Shown: positions 11,780 through 24,949 of the stretch, in pieces
How the letters are laid out: each line of letters opens with the position of its first letter
How positions within the stretch are numbered: position 1 is the stretch's first letter
Assembly: GCF_006345805.1 (NCBI RefSeq)
Contig: NC_042999.1
Location: forward strand, 20,336,001-20,400,000
Direction: 5' to 3'
Source of the DNA: Octopus sinensis
Taxonomy: Eukaryota
DNA length: 64,000 nt
Notes under the pieces: generated by a model
Told to the model about the DNA's origin: nothing
Database searches by the model: none
The model's input: only the letters and a program-made list of their open reading frames with translations
Translations under genes and position numbers: made by a program

Positions 11780-11995
11780 CTAGTGTCCTTTTCTACAGGG
11801 CCCGAAATTTTGGGGAAGAGGGACAGTCAATTAGATCGACCCCAGCATGCAACTGGTAGTTAATTTATCGACCCCTAAAGGTTGAAATGTAAAGTTGACC
11901 TCGGTAGAATTTGAACTCAGAAGGTAAAGACAGACGAAATACCGCTAGGCATTTCGTCCGGCGTGCTAAAGTTTCTGCCAGCTCGCCGACTTACT
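11780..11995 (-). mobile_element. SINE family B
   Basis: Family core plus head ctgccagctcgcc. Confidence 0.8.
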
Positions 11996-12009
11996 TTGGC
12001 TAGTATCGC

Positions 12010-12372
12010 GTGGCACTCCACCGGTTATGATGACGAGGGTCCCAATTGATCCCATCAAAGGAAACAGCCTGCTCGTGAGATGAACGTGCACTCCACACAC
12101 ATGTGTGCCCCTAATGTAGATATTCAGCGTGACACAGAGTGCGACAGGCTAGCCCTTTGAAATATAAGTACAAAAGAAACAGGGAGAAAGAGTGAGGGAA
12201 ATCTAAGATGAAAGAGTACAGCAGGGTTCGCCATCACCCAACTGCCGGACTCTCGTGGAGCTTTAGGTGCTTTCGCTTAATAAACATTCACAACGCCCAG
12301 TCTGGGAATCGAAACCGCGATCCTACGACCGCGTGTCCGCTGCCTTAACCACCGGGCCATTGCGTCTCCACA
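12010..12372 (-). mobile_element. SINE family C, near full length
   Basis: Minus-strand tRNA-like head with A-box tggcccggtgg and B-box ggtttcgattccc. Confidence 0.85.
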
Positions 12373-12734
12373 GCTAGTATTACTACTTTAAACTCACCGA
12401 AGATGCAATCGTTTTTGAAATACACATCGATTACTTCGATTCCCTGTAGGTGACTGGTACTTTATTTTGTCGACCCTTGAAGAAAGAAAGGCAAAGATGA
12501 CATTGGTGGATATAGGGGAACTGTACGAAATGTTGCTAAGCAATTTGTCCGATGTACAAACGATTCTGTCAGCACGCCGCCTTGATCAGCTCATATACAA
12601 TTGCTAAAAATCCGTTCAGACAATTTAATCTCAATTTCTATTCAAGATCCATTTATTTACTATGGCTTTTTCAGTAAGAGCGTTCAAACCTCATGTGAAA
12701 TAAAAGTTTGAGCTGAATTCTTACCTGATCATAT

Positions 12735-13040
12735 ATATACTATCAATAATAATAAAAGGTAAAATTAATTAATTAATGTATAATTAAAAATCTTACCAAG
12801 TAGTTCGGTATGTTAAAAAGTTCGGTAAACGTATATAAAATTTATTATAATTATAAACATAATTATAATTAGGGCTTAGCAAAATTGCTTTACCACATAC
12901 CAAAATTTAGAAATAGCAGTTAGATGCTATTCTACTACCATAAGATATCTCCCAGATAGCAATACTCTCAACTCACACAGGCAGTTAAGCAATTTTGCTA
13001 AGCCCTAATTACAATTATGTTTATGATTATAATAAATTAT
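12735..13040. mobile_element. Short insertion with a 52-bp internal inverted repeat, flanked by a tgatcatat direct repeat
   Basis: Arms at 12839-12890 and 12987-13038; tgatcatat at 12726-12734 and 13041-13049. Confidence 0.55.
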
Positions 13041-13749
13041 TGATCATATGTATATATATAAACCAAGTGGTTGGTTGGCATGTCCGTGCACTGGGTATTC
13101 TGTCATCAGAGACAAGATATGAATAATTTAGACTGGGAAAATTTACAGTTTATAAAGAATAAAATTTACTGTTTATGAGGAATAAGATAGCAGCATAAAG
13201 AGTAAAAGTAGTTGGAAGAATATAGGCAGGAGAATAATGTTCACAGCTAATCTTTTCCCAGCTGATATGGATGTTGGTCGCTACTTCCATGAAGGTACAG
13301 GTTTATAGTTTAAAATCCTAGGTAAATTCAGGCAATATTTTGGCCGTGTTCTCAATGATGTATTTAAATTGTGAATGTGTATATAGAGTGAGGAAGTATG
13401 AGGCACATAAATGGGTTTTGTGAGTGGGTGTATGAGAGAGATAGAGAGAGAGGAAAGAGGATTAGAAGATAAGACAATGGTAAAATGGAAAAATAGGAAT
13501 AAAATAAAAATATAAATAAAAAAGATCCATCCTTAGCTGTGATCTTGGAACTGAATGGTCTACCAGCTCTAGCACTTATCCAGCTTTCCTCTCTGACAAT
13601 AATAGATAGCTGTTTCAAGCATCATTCGCTCATACGAAATATGGGACGCTGAAATGAGGCTCACAAAGTATTGTCTTCCTCATATTGCCCCTTTCCCCAC
13701 GGTAACGGACAGATTCCTATGCATATATTCCTTGGTGTTTAGTACACCA

Positions 13750-14111
13750 CCGTGTGAGAGGAACACCGAGGAAGCGCTACAAAGACTGCTCCAAGAAGTC
13801 TCTAACAGCATGTCAAATTAACCACCAATGCTGGTCAGACCTGGCTGCGGACCGTGATGTCTGGCGTCACACGATCTTCAACGCAGTCAGCAAGTTTGAG
13901 GAACAAGGAAGCGACGCACTTAAAGACAAGAGACGCAGGAGGAAGGCGCGAGCCGCCTCTGAAACCACACCGGATGTTACCTTCGTCTGTGGACACTGCT
14001 CACGGACCTGCCTTTCGTATATCGGACTTGTCAGTCATGAGCGTGCATGCACGCAACGTGGACAGCCTTCCTGATCTTCTTTCGTGAAGCCGAGCCATGA
14101 TGATGATGATG
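13750..14111 (+). mobile_element. 5'-truncated RTE (BovB-like) LINE 3' end with C2H2 zinc finger and (GAT)n tail
   Basis: ORF 13754-14074: G.PRKRYKD...W...A.DR..WR...C..C.R.C.S.IGL.SH.R.C; tgatgatgatgatg tail. Confidence 0.85.
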
Positions 14112-14768
14112 GGTACACTAGCAAAGGTGTTGTTGCCATGCAAAATAATGGAAATGTTCTTCATTTGGCAAAGAGTTTATTAATGTTCCAACGCTGTTCT
14201 TGATGGTGATATCATTTCCACTTGAAGTGTTCAAACTGACATTTTTGGCTGCTAAAAATATTTTGTTTTTGTTCATACTCAACATTATTATTTTGCTATT
14301 TTGTTAAATTACTATTCTTTACTTTTCCGTATTTTTTCTCCTGTTGGTGAACAGTGTTATTTTGTTCATTATCAATTTTCTTTCGTAGAGGCGTGGCTTG
14401 GAAACTTCGCAGCTATTTTTGTGTATGTAGACAACGTGAGAAAGAAATCAAATTTGTTTAGAGACATAAGAACAAAACAAAAAAATAAACATTACTAATT
14501 TTTCTACTTTAATATAACGTTAGTCTGATAGGCTTTTTATCATTCAGCTAGCCATGAGACCTACCTCATTCAATAATTGCAATGTCTATAAAAATGAAAA
14601 CTGAAAAAAAGCTATTGCTCTGTCGATCGATCTGCAAGAGATAGCAGTCAAATCTTCTTCACTCAGAACACTCCATATTAGAAGAACAGGTAAAAGCAAT
14701 GTAGTCTGTAATACAATTACAGAAATTCAGCGATGGTCAAGTCTGAAACATTTGATTTCGCCGTCATC

Positions 14769-14821
14769 CGTAATCCCAAGTCATCCGTCATTTTCTCGCT
14801 GACGTATGACTTGGGATTACG
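14769..14821. other. Near-perfect 22-bp hairpin with a 9-nt loop
   Basis: cgtaatcccaagtcatccgtca / tgacgtatgacttgggattacg, one mismatch. Confidence 0.85.
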
Positions 14822-14912
14822 ACATAAAGCCATGCCAACCATTCACTCAATGCTGAGCGTGAATAATATTCTTAACGTTTACATTTACTTTTTCACGACC
14901 ATTTCTACGCTG

Positions 14913-15205
14913 GAGTAAAGATTGTTTGCAAACATAACATGGTAGTCCTGGTTTAAGACGGATGTTGCTGTAATTTAGCCCCAGGAGACATCGTCTCTAG
15001 CTGGTTATACGACGCGATCTGTGTCCTTATATTTTCCAACAAGGGAATCTAGCACCCCCACTCAGCTCAAGGCAATATCTGTGTATCTCGATTTCCGGGT
15101 TATTTCCCTTCATCAGCGCAGAATAATTGTCCTGGGGCTAAATTACAGTTACATTCGTCCTAAACCAGGACTGCCATGTTATGTTTGCAAACAATCATTA
15201 CTTCA
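14913..15205 (-). mobile_element. Short element with ~75-bp terminal inverted repeats enclosing a hammerhead
   Basis: Arms at about 14913-14992 and 15131-15205; related cores at about 45480-45730 and 50880-51080. Confidence 0.75.
15078..15122 (-). ncRNA. Minimal type I hammerhead; predicted AUA cleavage between 15084 and 15083
   Basis: UCUGCG-CUGAUGA-AGGG aaauaa CCCG-GAA-AUCGAGAU-A|CACAGA; helix I 5 of 6 bp. Confidence 0.75.
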
Positions 15206-15324
15206 AAGTACTGTTGCTGAATATCTCTCGTTGTGAGATTTCAAAATAGTAATTTTTCCATTTCTGTGGTGTCTTGGAAATGGAATTTTTGACCAAATTA
15301 TATTCGGATAAATTGATATCCTTG

Positions 15325-15475
15325 CTAGCTGAGTGGTAAAATGCGTGCTTCCTAACCGCATGCTTCCAAGTTCAGTCTCACTGAGTAGGCCTTCAGCAAG
15401 TGTCTTCTACTATAGCCTCTGGCGACCAAAGCCTTGTGAGTGGATTTGGTAGACGGAAACTGAAAGAAGCCCGTC

Positions 15476-15525
<50 letters not shown>

Positions 15526-15708
15526 GTGTGTGTGTGTCTTTGTGTTTGTATTTATATCCCCGTAACTTAGCGGTTCGACAAAAGAGACCGATAGAATAAG
15601 TGCTAGGCTTACAAAGAATAAGTCCTGGGATCGATTTCCTCGACTAAAGGCGATGCTCCAGCACGGCTGCAGTCAAATGACTGAAACAAGTAAAAGATTA
15701 AAAGAGTA
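15325..15708 (+). mobile_element. SINE family A with diverged head
   Basis: Body and tail match other copies. Confidence 0.8.
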
Positions 15709-15754
15709 TACTTAAATTCTACTATGGCATACTATTCTTTCTTTTCTACTAAAG

Positions 15755-15932
15755 CACTGAAATTTAGGCGGTCATTGGCCCCAGCACTCAACTGGTACTT
15801 AATTTATCGACCTCGAAAAGAGGAAAGACAAAGTCGATCTCAGCGGAACTTGAACTCAGAAAATGTAGACAGACGAAATACTGCCAAGCATTTCGCTCGG
15901 CGTGCTAACAATTCTGCCAACTCGCCGCCTTC
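15755..15932 (-). mobile_element. SINE family B
   Basis: Family core and head. Confidence 0.8.
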
Positions 15933-16216
15933 CTATGGCATGCTATTCTGTAAAAGCATGTGATACAGTACTCGTAAGATTGTGATTTGGATTCCCGGAC
16001 CGGATGGTGCGTTATGCTCTTAGATAAAACATTTCATTTCACATTGGTCTAATTCGATTCTGCTGTATAGGAGTAACACCACGATGGACAAGCATCCCAC
16101 TAAGGTGGCTTGTTGTGATCTCCGAAACTGAATAACCAGCCCTATGATATATATCTAGATAGTATATCTAGATAGTATATCTAGATAGTATATATATGAT
16201 ATATATCTAGATAGTA

Positions 16217-16887
16217 CAGCGTGGTCCGAAAGTCTGGTTACCCCCGACCAAAAAATAATGAGAACAATAGAACAAGTAATACGGTAATCCAAAGCACGAA
16301 CTGGATTTAGTTTATTCACTTTCATTGACGCTGTCACACACCGAGAAGTTCTGTATAAACACCATCATTGTCGTAGCACAAAATGATGTGGCGTCATGTC
16401 CTGTGTAATATTTTTCGAAGCTCTACTTTGGTGATTGTTGCAAAGGCTCTCCAAAACAGCGTCCTGTAACTGATGGGCATTCTGGTAACGTTCATGTGAT
16501 ATTCTCTCCTTGATAAGGATAATACCCCACAGAGTGTTATCGCAAGACGTGAGGTCTGGACTGCTGGGAGGTCAATCGACATGTGCTGGAAGCTGTTTCG
16601 ATCCTCACCCTATACATCTATCCCGAAAAACGTCATTTAGGTATTCCCGGACAGTGATAGCACAGTGGGGGTGGGGCACCATCTCTAGTTGAAACCAACA
16701 ATCATTCAGGTCAACATTCAACCCCTGGAGCTGTGGAACAAACCACTCCCTTAGCATGGTCATGTAAGACTGCTGGTTAACAATGCCCTTAAAGAAATAG
16801 GGCCCTACCAGGTGCTTCCTCGATATGGCGGCCCAAATCATTACATGCGGGGGAGGGTTGTACTAAAATAAAATAATAATAATGATG

Positions 16888-16928
<41 letters not shown>

Positions 16929-17097
16929 TTTAATTTTAATTTAATCTAATTTAATTTTTTGGGCTCAAAAAGCAAGAGCAAGGCCATGAAGGGGGACATG
17001 GAGTTATGTATAGGGAGGGTGTTCATAATAATAATAATAATAATAGTGACAATAATAAACAATATGCAGGGGGTAACAAGATTTTCGGATCACCCTG
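16217..17097 (-). mobile_element. Internally deleted Tc1/mariner-superfamily transposon with 29-bp TIRs, TA target-site duplication and a transposase pseudogene fragment
   Basis: TIR cagcgtggtccgaaagtctggttacc vs cagggtgatccgaaaatcttgttacc; minus-strand MIWAAIS...VGPYFF...WFQLEMVPHPH, then WPPSSPDLTSCD in another frame. Confidence 0.88.
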
Positions 17098-18845
17098 TAC
17101 AAACTTCAAATTTATTCTTCCAGATTTTATATTCGTAGCAAAATAGAATGGTTAATTTTATGTATCCCTGCATGTGATTTCTAACTGTTCTTATCGTCGA
17201 CAAGTTGTGTGAACGGAAGAGCCTGCCTCTAACAGGAATCGAACAAATATTATAGTTACAACTCAGTAATACTGTAAGATATTTAACCATCGTTCTTTTC
17301 TTTCAACCTTTCAGCTTCCCCTCCTGGTAATAAGAGTCAGTATTAAATATACGGATTGAACAGTCTTTTCTTCATTGTTTCCTATAAATGTTTTATTTTT
17401 CCTATAATAAAATACATTGTTTTATGTGTTGTATATATATCAATGGCGTTCTCCTTTCTTTTCTTCATTCTCAACAAAGAAAAAACTGTTTAGGTGTCAT
17501 ATTATATCTAGGTAATAGTAGTCGTAAATTTTCATCTTATTTTCAAAGAATTTAATGCAATGTAAATCACAAAAACCTCTTTAAGTGCATCTCAGGCACT
17601 GCTTTACATTAATGTTACTTTCTTGTTCTTTATATATCATAGTATTTGTTTGCGTTTCCATTGCTCTGAGAGAAAGACAGAGAAAAAAATATCGTTATCT
17701 AATATATATTCATTTAAAATTATCTTCATATACGAGAAAAATAGATATCGGGAGAGAATGTGGGAGCCATGGTTCGGGATAATCCTTTAAGACTAGGAAA
17801 ATAGGAAAGAAAGTATTTGTTTGTGTGTTTGTTAAATTACTTTGTCAGAGAGTTTTTAGCTGATGTCCAAACAAACTGCTTGTTGCTAAATTTGCTTTTC
17901 ATGGAATCAAATCTAAACCAGCTAGAGTAATGAAATATGTAGGCTTTCCATTTACATATAAACACATTTAATTAATTTTGGAAATTCTTCTCCGTTTTAT
18001 ATAGGAACCTTATTTAAGTTCCTAATTTAAAATCAATTTTCTCTAATTAATAAACATTGAGATTCGTTCTAACGAAATACAAACTGCATAACATTTAACA
18101 AAAATACAAGCAAAAGATCGTGGATCTGCTCCTAGCTTTTGGATTGAGGGTTTGATATTAAACACTTCGCTGTTTGTTTTCTGTACATACTTTTCCACCA
18201 CTTCATGTGCATTTAATAATTTACAAACTCTGTTCAATTTAACTTTTAAACTGATCTCAGCAGCAACAATTAATTTAACTCCATTTACGCTAATGTTTAT
18301 ACAATGTCCTACAGCATGTTCTCTGCAACAGCAATTTACCTAACTTCATTTCACTGATGGGTTATAAAACTAATTAGCTGATATCAAGAGCAATTAATAA
18401 AAACAATTTTCCTGAATAAATGTTAAGTCTAGCCTTAGATTCAATATTTCCAGGCTTTAATTGAAATTGACAGGAAAATGACACTCATTAGCTACAAATC
18501 TTTCCACTATAGCTAACTACATGCTTATCTGAACATTTCTTTCTAAATTAGAGTAGTAAAGTAACTTGTTTGTTAAATTGCAATTAAGTTAGGTGGAAAG
18601 GTAAAACAAAACAGGTAATAATACTTGAAATGTTTATATCAATTTGTAATATTTCATTAAACTAAAACTACAAATATATATCTTTAAAATGTTCTTTTTT
18701 TCTCTGCAAAATATATCTATCTTTTTAGTTACTATTCTATGCTCTAGTAACCATTTTCTTTTAAGGAATCGATAAAATTCTGTTTCGTTTTTGGATTTGG
18801 TCTGCAAGATTCTTTATATGAGTTCGTGTGTTGAATCATAGACTA

Positions 18846-19038
18846 TTGTGTCTGGGGAGAGTCATTTTCTTTTTGTGCCTTACTATGTAACACACTCACC
18901 GGTAAAAGAGTCAAAACTATTGAAAAGGTTGCAAGACACAACGGAAATTTTAGGTCAATGAAAATAAGAAAAAAATGGAAACCGGTGAGTGTGTTACATA
19001 ATAAGGCACAAAAAGAAAATTACTCTCCCCAGATACAA
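18846..19038. mobile_element. MITE with ~57-bp TIRs
   Basis: tgtgtctggggagagtcattttctttttgtgcctt...caccggt mirrored at 18981-19038. Confidence 0.8.
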
Positions 19039-19226
19039 CAGGATAAAATTCTGAATATGTTGTGCCTAGTTATTGTTTAGCTCCAGGTAAGCACCACCTG
19101 AACTACTCGTATTTGAAAATCGTTCATGCGATGATCTTCCAGTGTTTTCAAACTGATGCCTTGTATTTAGGCTACGTTATCATCTTTTTCTCAGATAAGT
19201 TGTAAATAGAGTAAAATTTAGTTCCT

Positions 19227-19635
19227 AGGTGCAGGAGTGGCTTGGTGGTAAGTAGCTTGCTTACCGACTGCATGGTTCCAGGTTCATTACCACTGCGTGG
19301 CACTTTGGGCAAGTGTCTTCTACTATAGCCTCGGGTCGACCAAAGCCTTGTGAGTGGATTTGATAGACGTAAACTGAAAGAAGCCCGTCGTATATATGTA
19401 CATATGTATGTGTGTGTATATGTTTGTGTGTCTGTGTTTGTCCTCCAGCATCGCTTGACAGCCGATGCTGGTGTGTTTACGTCCCCGTAACTTAGCGGTT
19501 CGGTAAAAGATACTGATAATATAAGTACCCAGGCATACAAAGAATAAGTCCTGGGGTCGAGTTGCTCGAATAAAAGCGGTGCTCCAGCATGGCCGCAGTC
19601 AAACGACTGAAACAAGTAAAAGAGTAAAGAGAGCA
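19227..19635 (+). mobile_element. SINE family A
   Basis: Full-length match to other copies. Confidence 0.85.
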
Positions 19636-20388
19636 AAAAGTATATCTAACAGATCGTGCGATCACATGAGAACTTCCTCATTTGACAATTTTCTTGCTCG
19701 TTGAGAAGGAAGTGTATGCATTTTATTTGAAAGAATGAAAAGAAGACTAAATCAAGGATTATTTCTGTCAGTTAAAATGTTGTTTGAATTCTGTTATTTG
19801 TTTAATAGTTTAAATAAGATTTTATGAAATTCTATTTCTGTATATTAAAGATGAACATTTATTTGCGTAATAAATCTACATAGGAATAAGTTAATCCTTT
19901 GTCTATATTTAAACTCTTTTGATCAGTTATAGTCTTCATTCTGCATTTGCTTCTACTGCTAATCTCTCTCATATACATATATTTGTGTGGTGTGTGTGTG
20001 TGTGTGTGTGTGTGCAGTGTTTTTGAAGTTTATGCGTATTGGTTACTTTTCGAACCCGAAATTGTTTGCTTTGATTTATAACTAAGGAAGGAAGGACCTC
20101 TGGTTTGTTTTCGTCAAACAGCATGAAATCATAATCCTCTCTGACTTTTATAGTATTTTTAGAACATTTTCGATTCACTTTGCTTGCATAAGTTCTTGTT
20201 TAACGCCGGATCCGTCTGTTTCCTTCAAGCACATGAAATCCGGGCAGACATGATTCAATCCCCTACGCAAGAAGTGAAGTTGATGAGGAAAATTTTGTCG
20301 GCTATTTGAGCGATTACGTAGACTCTCCTTCATTGGCACTTTCTAGTATAATTTAGAGGGGAATTCTCTTTCTTTTTTCTTTTAACTT

Positions 20389-21002
20389 TCTTTTACTTGT
20401 TTCAGTCATTTAACTGCGGCCATGCTGGAGCACCGCCTTTAGTCGAGCAAATCGACCCCAGGACTTATTCTTTGTAAGCCTAGTACTTATTCTATCGGTC
20501 TCTTTTGCCGAACCGCTAGGCTACGCGGACGTAAACACACCAGCATCGGTTGTCAAGCGCTGGTGGGGGGACAAACAAAGGCACACAAATACACACACAC
20601 ACACACACACACAATACATATATATGACGGGCTTCTTTCAGTTTCTGTCAGCCAAATCGACCCCAGGACTTATTCTTTGGAAGCCTAGTACTTATTCTAT
20701 CGGTCTCTTTTGCCGAACCGCTAAGCTACGTGGAAGTGAACGCACCAACATCGGTTGTCAAGCGCTGGTGGGGGGACAAACACCGACACACAAACACACA
20801 CACACACATATACATATATATGACGGGCTTCTTTCAGTTTCCGCCAGCCAAATCTACTCACAATGCTTTGGTCGGCCCGGGGCTGTAGTAGAAGACACTT
20901 GCCCAAGGTACCACGCAGTGGGACTGAACCCGGAACCATCTGGTTGGTAAGCAAGCTACTTACCACAGAACCACTCCTGCATCTATACCCACTCCTGCGC
21001 CT
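20389..21002 (-). mobile_element. SINE family A with a ~200-bp internal tandem duplication
   Basis: aaatcgaccccaggacttattc segment at about 20449 and 20654. Confidence 0.85.
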
Positions 21003-21777
21003 ACAATTGTTTGTGTTTCTTTGAAAAATATTTTCTTTTACAGATTCTTCCTTACCAGAATCCTTGTCAGTCATGATAACAGTATCATATTCTCAGTCTA
21101 AAGTAGTTATAACTAACACCTTAGTCGACCTGGACTGACCACTTATCTGCGCCTGGAATTTTCCTTTCCGGAGCGCAAGACTAAACTAGATTCAGTACGA
21201 AAGGCCAGCAGTTGCTTATGTATCCAGATACAGTCTGTGCCACCGTGCCGCCAATTTTTTGCAAACAAAAGAAAATAATCGAGTATCGATATAGTTTGTC
21301 TCTAGTGTCATGACAAGTGAATTCGAAACGGAAAGTGCCGGATAATTACCGCAAAGTATTTTGTTAAACACTAACAATTTTGCAAAGCCTATGCCAGGAG
21401 AAGCTGCATTATTTTATCGATCTCGTAAAATTAAACGCAAAGTTTATTTCGACCAGATTTGAACTTAGACCGCAGTGAACCGATGTAAATAAGGAAAAGC
21501 ATTTGTTTTCCAACATTGTTCGATTACACCAATCCAGTGTAGTTACTATTATCATTATAATGATAGCCAAAAATCTTGTGTTTTCTTCTCCCATACGTGT
21601 TGAGGTCGATGGAATAACTACTATACATTATCAGCGTTAGATAACCCTAATAAAAAAAAGCACCCTTACATATTCGTGCTACTCTAATAATATCTGAAAT
21701 CATCAATCATCGGCATCCTGGGTTTCTTCTCGAGTGAAATTGCTTTTCATCTTTTGATCAACTAAATACTACTCAAA

Positions 21778-22585
21778 TACCTATTTCTTTACTACCCACA
21801 AGGGGCTAAACGCAGAGAGGACAAACAAGGACAGATAAACGGATTAATTCGATTATATCGACCCCAGTGCGTAACTGTTACTTATTTAATCGACCCCGAA
21901 AGGATGAAAGGCAAAGTCGACCTTGGCGGAATTTGAACTCAGAACGTAACGGCAGACGAAATACGGCTACGGATTTCGCCCGGCATGCTAATGTTTCTGC
22001 CAGCTCACCGCCCTTACTACTCAGATACCAAGGTTGATTAAATCAACTGTATACCGGTTCTAAAGCTTGTATCTTTTACGTAGTGCTGCTTCACCCCAGA
22101 CACTTTATATTGGTAGTTCTGGTTCTTTATATTCTAGGTTCAAATCTCTTTAAGATTTATCTAGCTGTTCACAATTGTGGGGCTGGTAAAATACCAATCA
22201 ATTCTTGATAGGTTTAATCAAGTACCTCATCGCCTCACATTTCTGGCTCTGAGCCCAATCAACAATACTCTTAAAGCGGCGAGCAGTATTTCGTCTGTTG
22301 TGTTCTGAGTACAAATTCCGCCGAGGTAGACTTTGTTGTTCATCCTTTCGGGGTCGATAAATTAAGTACCAGTCGCGAATTGAAGTCGATCTAATCGACT
22401 GGCCCTCTCCCAGAAAATTTCGGGCCTTGTGTCGAGAGTAGAAAAGACTCTGAAGGTCGGCAGACTGGTAGAATGGTTAAATCGTCGGATAAAATAATGG
22501 GGTCGATGTAATCGGCTTAGTCCCTTTGTCTGTCCTTGATTGTCCCCTCTACGTTTATCCCCTCGTGGGTAATAAAGAAATAAAT
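21778..22585. mobile_element. SINE family B copies (minus 21778-22015; plus 22245-22450 and 22500-22585)
   Basis: Family core motif. Confidence 0.8.
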
Positions 22586-23994
22586 GTGAGAGAGGGAATG
22601 AAGAAACATGTGTGTCGTATTAAAAACAGAGGATGAAGTGAAAATGAAATTACAAATATAACGTGATACTACAGCCCAAAATTTGCTTCCACAATATCTG
22701 AGAAAGCGGAATTTGAAGGAACTTCAGGAATATCGTTCACAATTCTGCCCCCGGCTCCTAGTTCCTTTCGTAGTACTAAGAGGGCAGGGGTTATGCGCAA
22801 ATGTAAAATTTGGTGACGTGTAATCCGTTGGGATCAGAATGGATATTAATGCCTTCCGCAACCTGCAAGAACACAAGAATACTAGGACTAGTGTGCTAAA
22901 GAGAATGTTGAAAGGAAAACCTCAAAGCTCAACAACCATAGTAGACAGTACGGTTGTTACATAAGGTAATCGCAACACCCATTTATGAGCTTTCTGCTTA
23001 GAAGGTCTAAACAAGCAGAAGCAACACCAGCCAGGATGATCGGCGGGCCTAGAGTCATACGAGACACAACTTAGTCGGCATACGAAATAACTCCAGCCTG
23101 ACTATTCGGAGATAACCATGAGACCAAAAAAGCCCTCCTCTCTGGTCACGACCAGCGAAGATAGTGCATCACCACCATCTCTGCCAACAGGTCGTAGGAA
23201 ATGACTAGGAAGTACCCTCACATCGCAGCACCATCAAAGCAATTTTATAGGATAGTGAACAGACAGCGATGTAGAAAAGTTGGTCGCCCTCCTCAAAGAA
23301 ACCAATGGGAAAATCAAGAAAGATATAAAAAATATGAGTTGGGGTACAGTTACGAAGAAGTTCTCTACGTAGAGGAAGAACTCGCATCTTATGAAGGAGA
23401 ATAAATATATTTAGATTTGCTCATGCCACGTTCCTGATAATACATTTACAAATTCGCTCCGTGCCATACGTTTATAGTATGTCTAAGAGCGTAATTCTCG
23501 GCATTAGCAATTTGCTTAACGTCATTTCACTGATTGGATATAAAACTAATTATCTCATATCTTGTAGGGATATTAAGCATTCATTAAATAATCTGAAATC
23601 TATTTGTAAATCGAGTAATTCCGACTACGCAAAGCCATAATACAGTTCACATCAGAAATAATAATCTACACCTATTCCTCAAATTTCACTGTATGCGAGC
23701 GTAGCAAAGCATTATGAATGAACTGAAAATATCTGTTAGGCATTTTTCCAAGAGTGTGTTTGTGACAAAACTGAAGATAATCTGGTTAGTGATGGTTGTT
23801 AGGCATATGACTTTCAATGGTGAAGAGTGAGATAGTCGGTTACATCGAATGGTATTTTAGTTTATCGACCCTGTAATGATGAAAGACAAAGTTGCCTCGG
23901 TAGGATTCGAAATAAGAACACAAAATGACTACCGTTACTTAGATTAATAGAAAATTCTTTTAATATGGAGAGATGGTCATCAAAATTATTTTTA

Positions 23995-24227
23995 ACTACC
24001 CACAAGGGGCTAAACACAGGGAGGACAAACAAGGACAGACAAACGGATTAAGTCGATTACGTACCAGTTACGCAATGGTGCGTAACTGGTACTTAATTTA
24101 TCGACCGCGAAAGGATGAAAGGCAAAGTCGACCTCGGTGGAATTTGATCTCAGAACGTAACGGCAGACGAAATACGGTTACGCATTTGGCCCGGCGTGCT
24201 AACGTTTCTGCCAGCTCGCCGCCTTCA
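23995..24227 (-). mobile_element. SINE family B
   Basis: Family core, head and tail. Confidence 0.85.
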
Positions 24228-24949
24228 GAGAAGGTCATTAAATAGTGAAGCGATTATTGGAAACCATCGAACCCTGTACTTGACTGATAGTTTATTTCAT
24301 CGACGTTGAGACGATGAAATGCAAAGTTGAACTCGGCATGATATGAACTCAAGATGTAAAGAGCCGGGGAAAAAAGATATTATTTTCGATGTTCTAACGA
24401 TAATTCCTGAGTTATGCGCTTTAAATAATCATTTGAATATATAGACACAAGGCCTGAGATTATTGAAACAGACTTAGTCGATTTGTCACCTCATCAACTT
24501 GACTGATATAGCCTCGTTTATCACGAGGGTCGGTTAAAAGAAAGTGATAAGTGAATTACTTCCACGCACTTTGTAAACAGGACTGGTTCATTCATTGGCA
24601 CCAAACTCGTAGCCCACAGCAGCGAAGTTTCCACCGTCACGTATTCTCACGAGAACCCTTACCTTTTCCTGTAGAGAAAACAATTAACTGCGTCATTTGT
24701 TAGGATCAGGCCCCAGTGTGTTTTCTTTTTCCTATCTCGATGGTTATGAGTATTAAAATTTGTATAAACAATACGCAGCTTCGCAGTACGACCATTTAAA
24801 CATAACTGAGGTCAGTGCATTTTGAGTAGTTCAGCCTTGTGGATGGTCGCTGGAATGCGTTTTGCAGCCCATGCAGAATCACAGATCAGTCCATGATAAG
24901 CATAATATAATTCAAACTGAGTGTACCGTTTTATCATTGGTCAGTAATC

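Noticed and set aside
17314-17325. Possible 12-nt microexon after a strong polypyrimidine tract
   Set aside because: Too short to distinguish from chance without RNA data
18043-18320. ~90-codon open frame on the minus strand after a possible acceptor
   Set aside because: No recognisable domain, weak polypyrimidine tract and no donor site
22690-23404. Moderately GC-rich coding-like stretch
   Set aside because: Short broken frames with no recognisable motif; possibly an old retroelement
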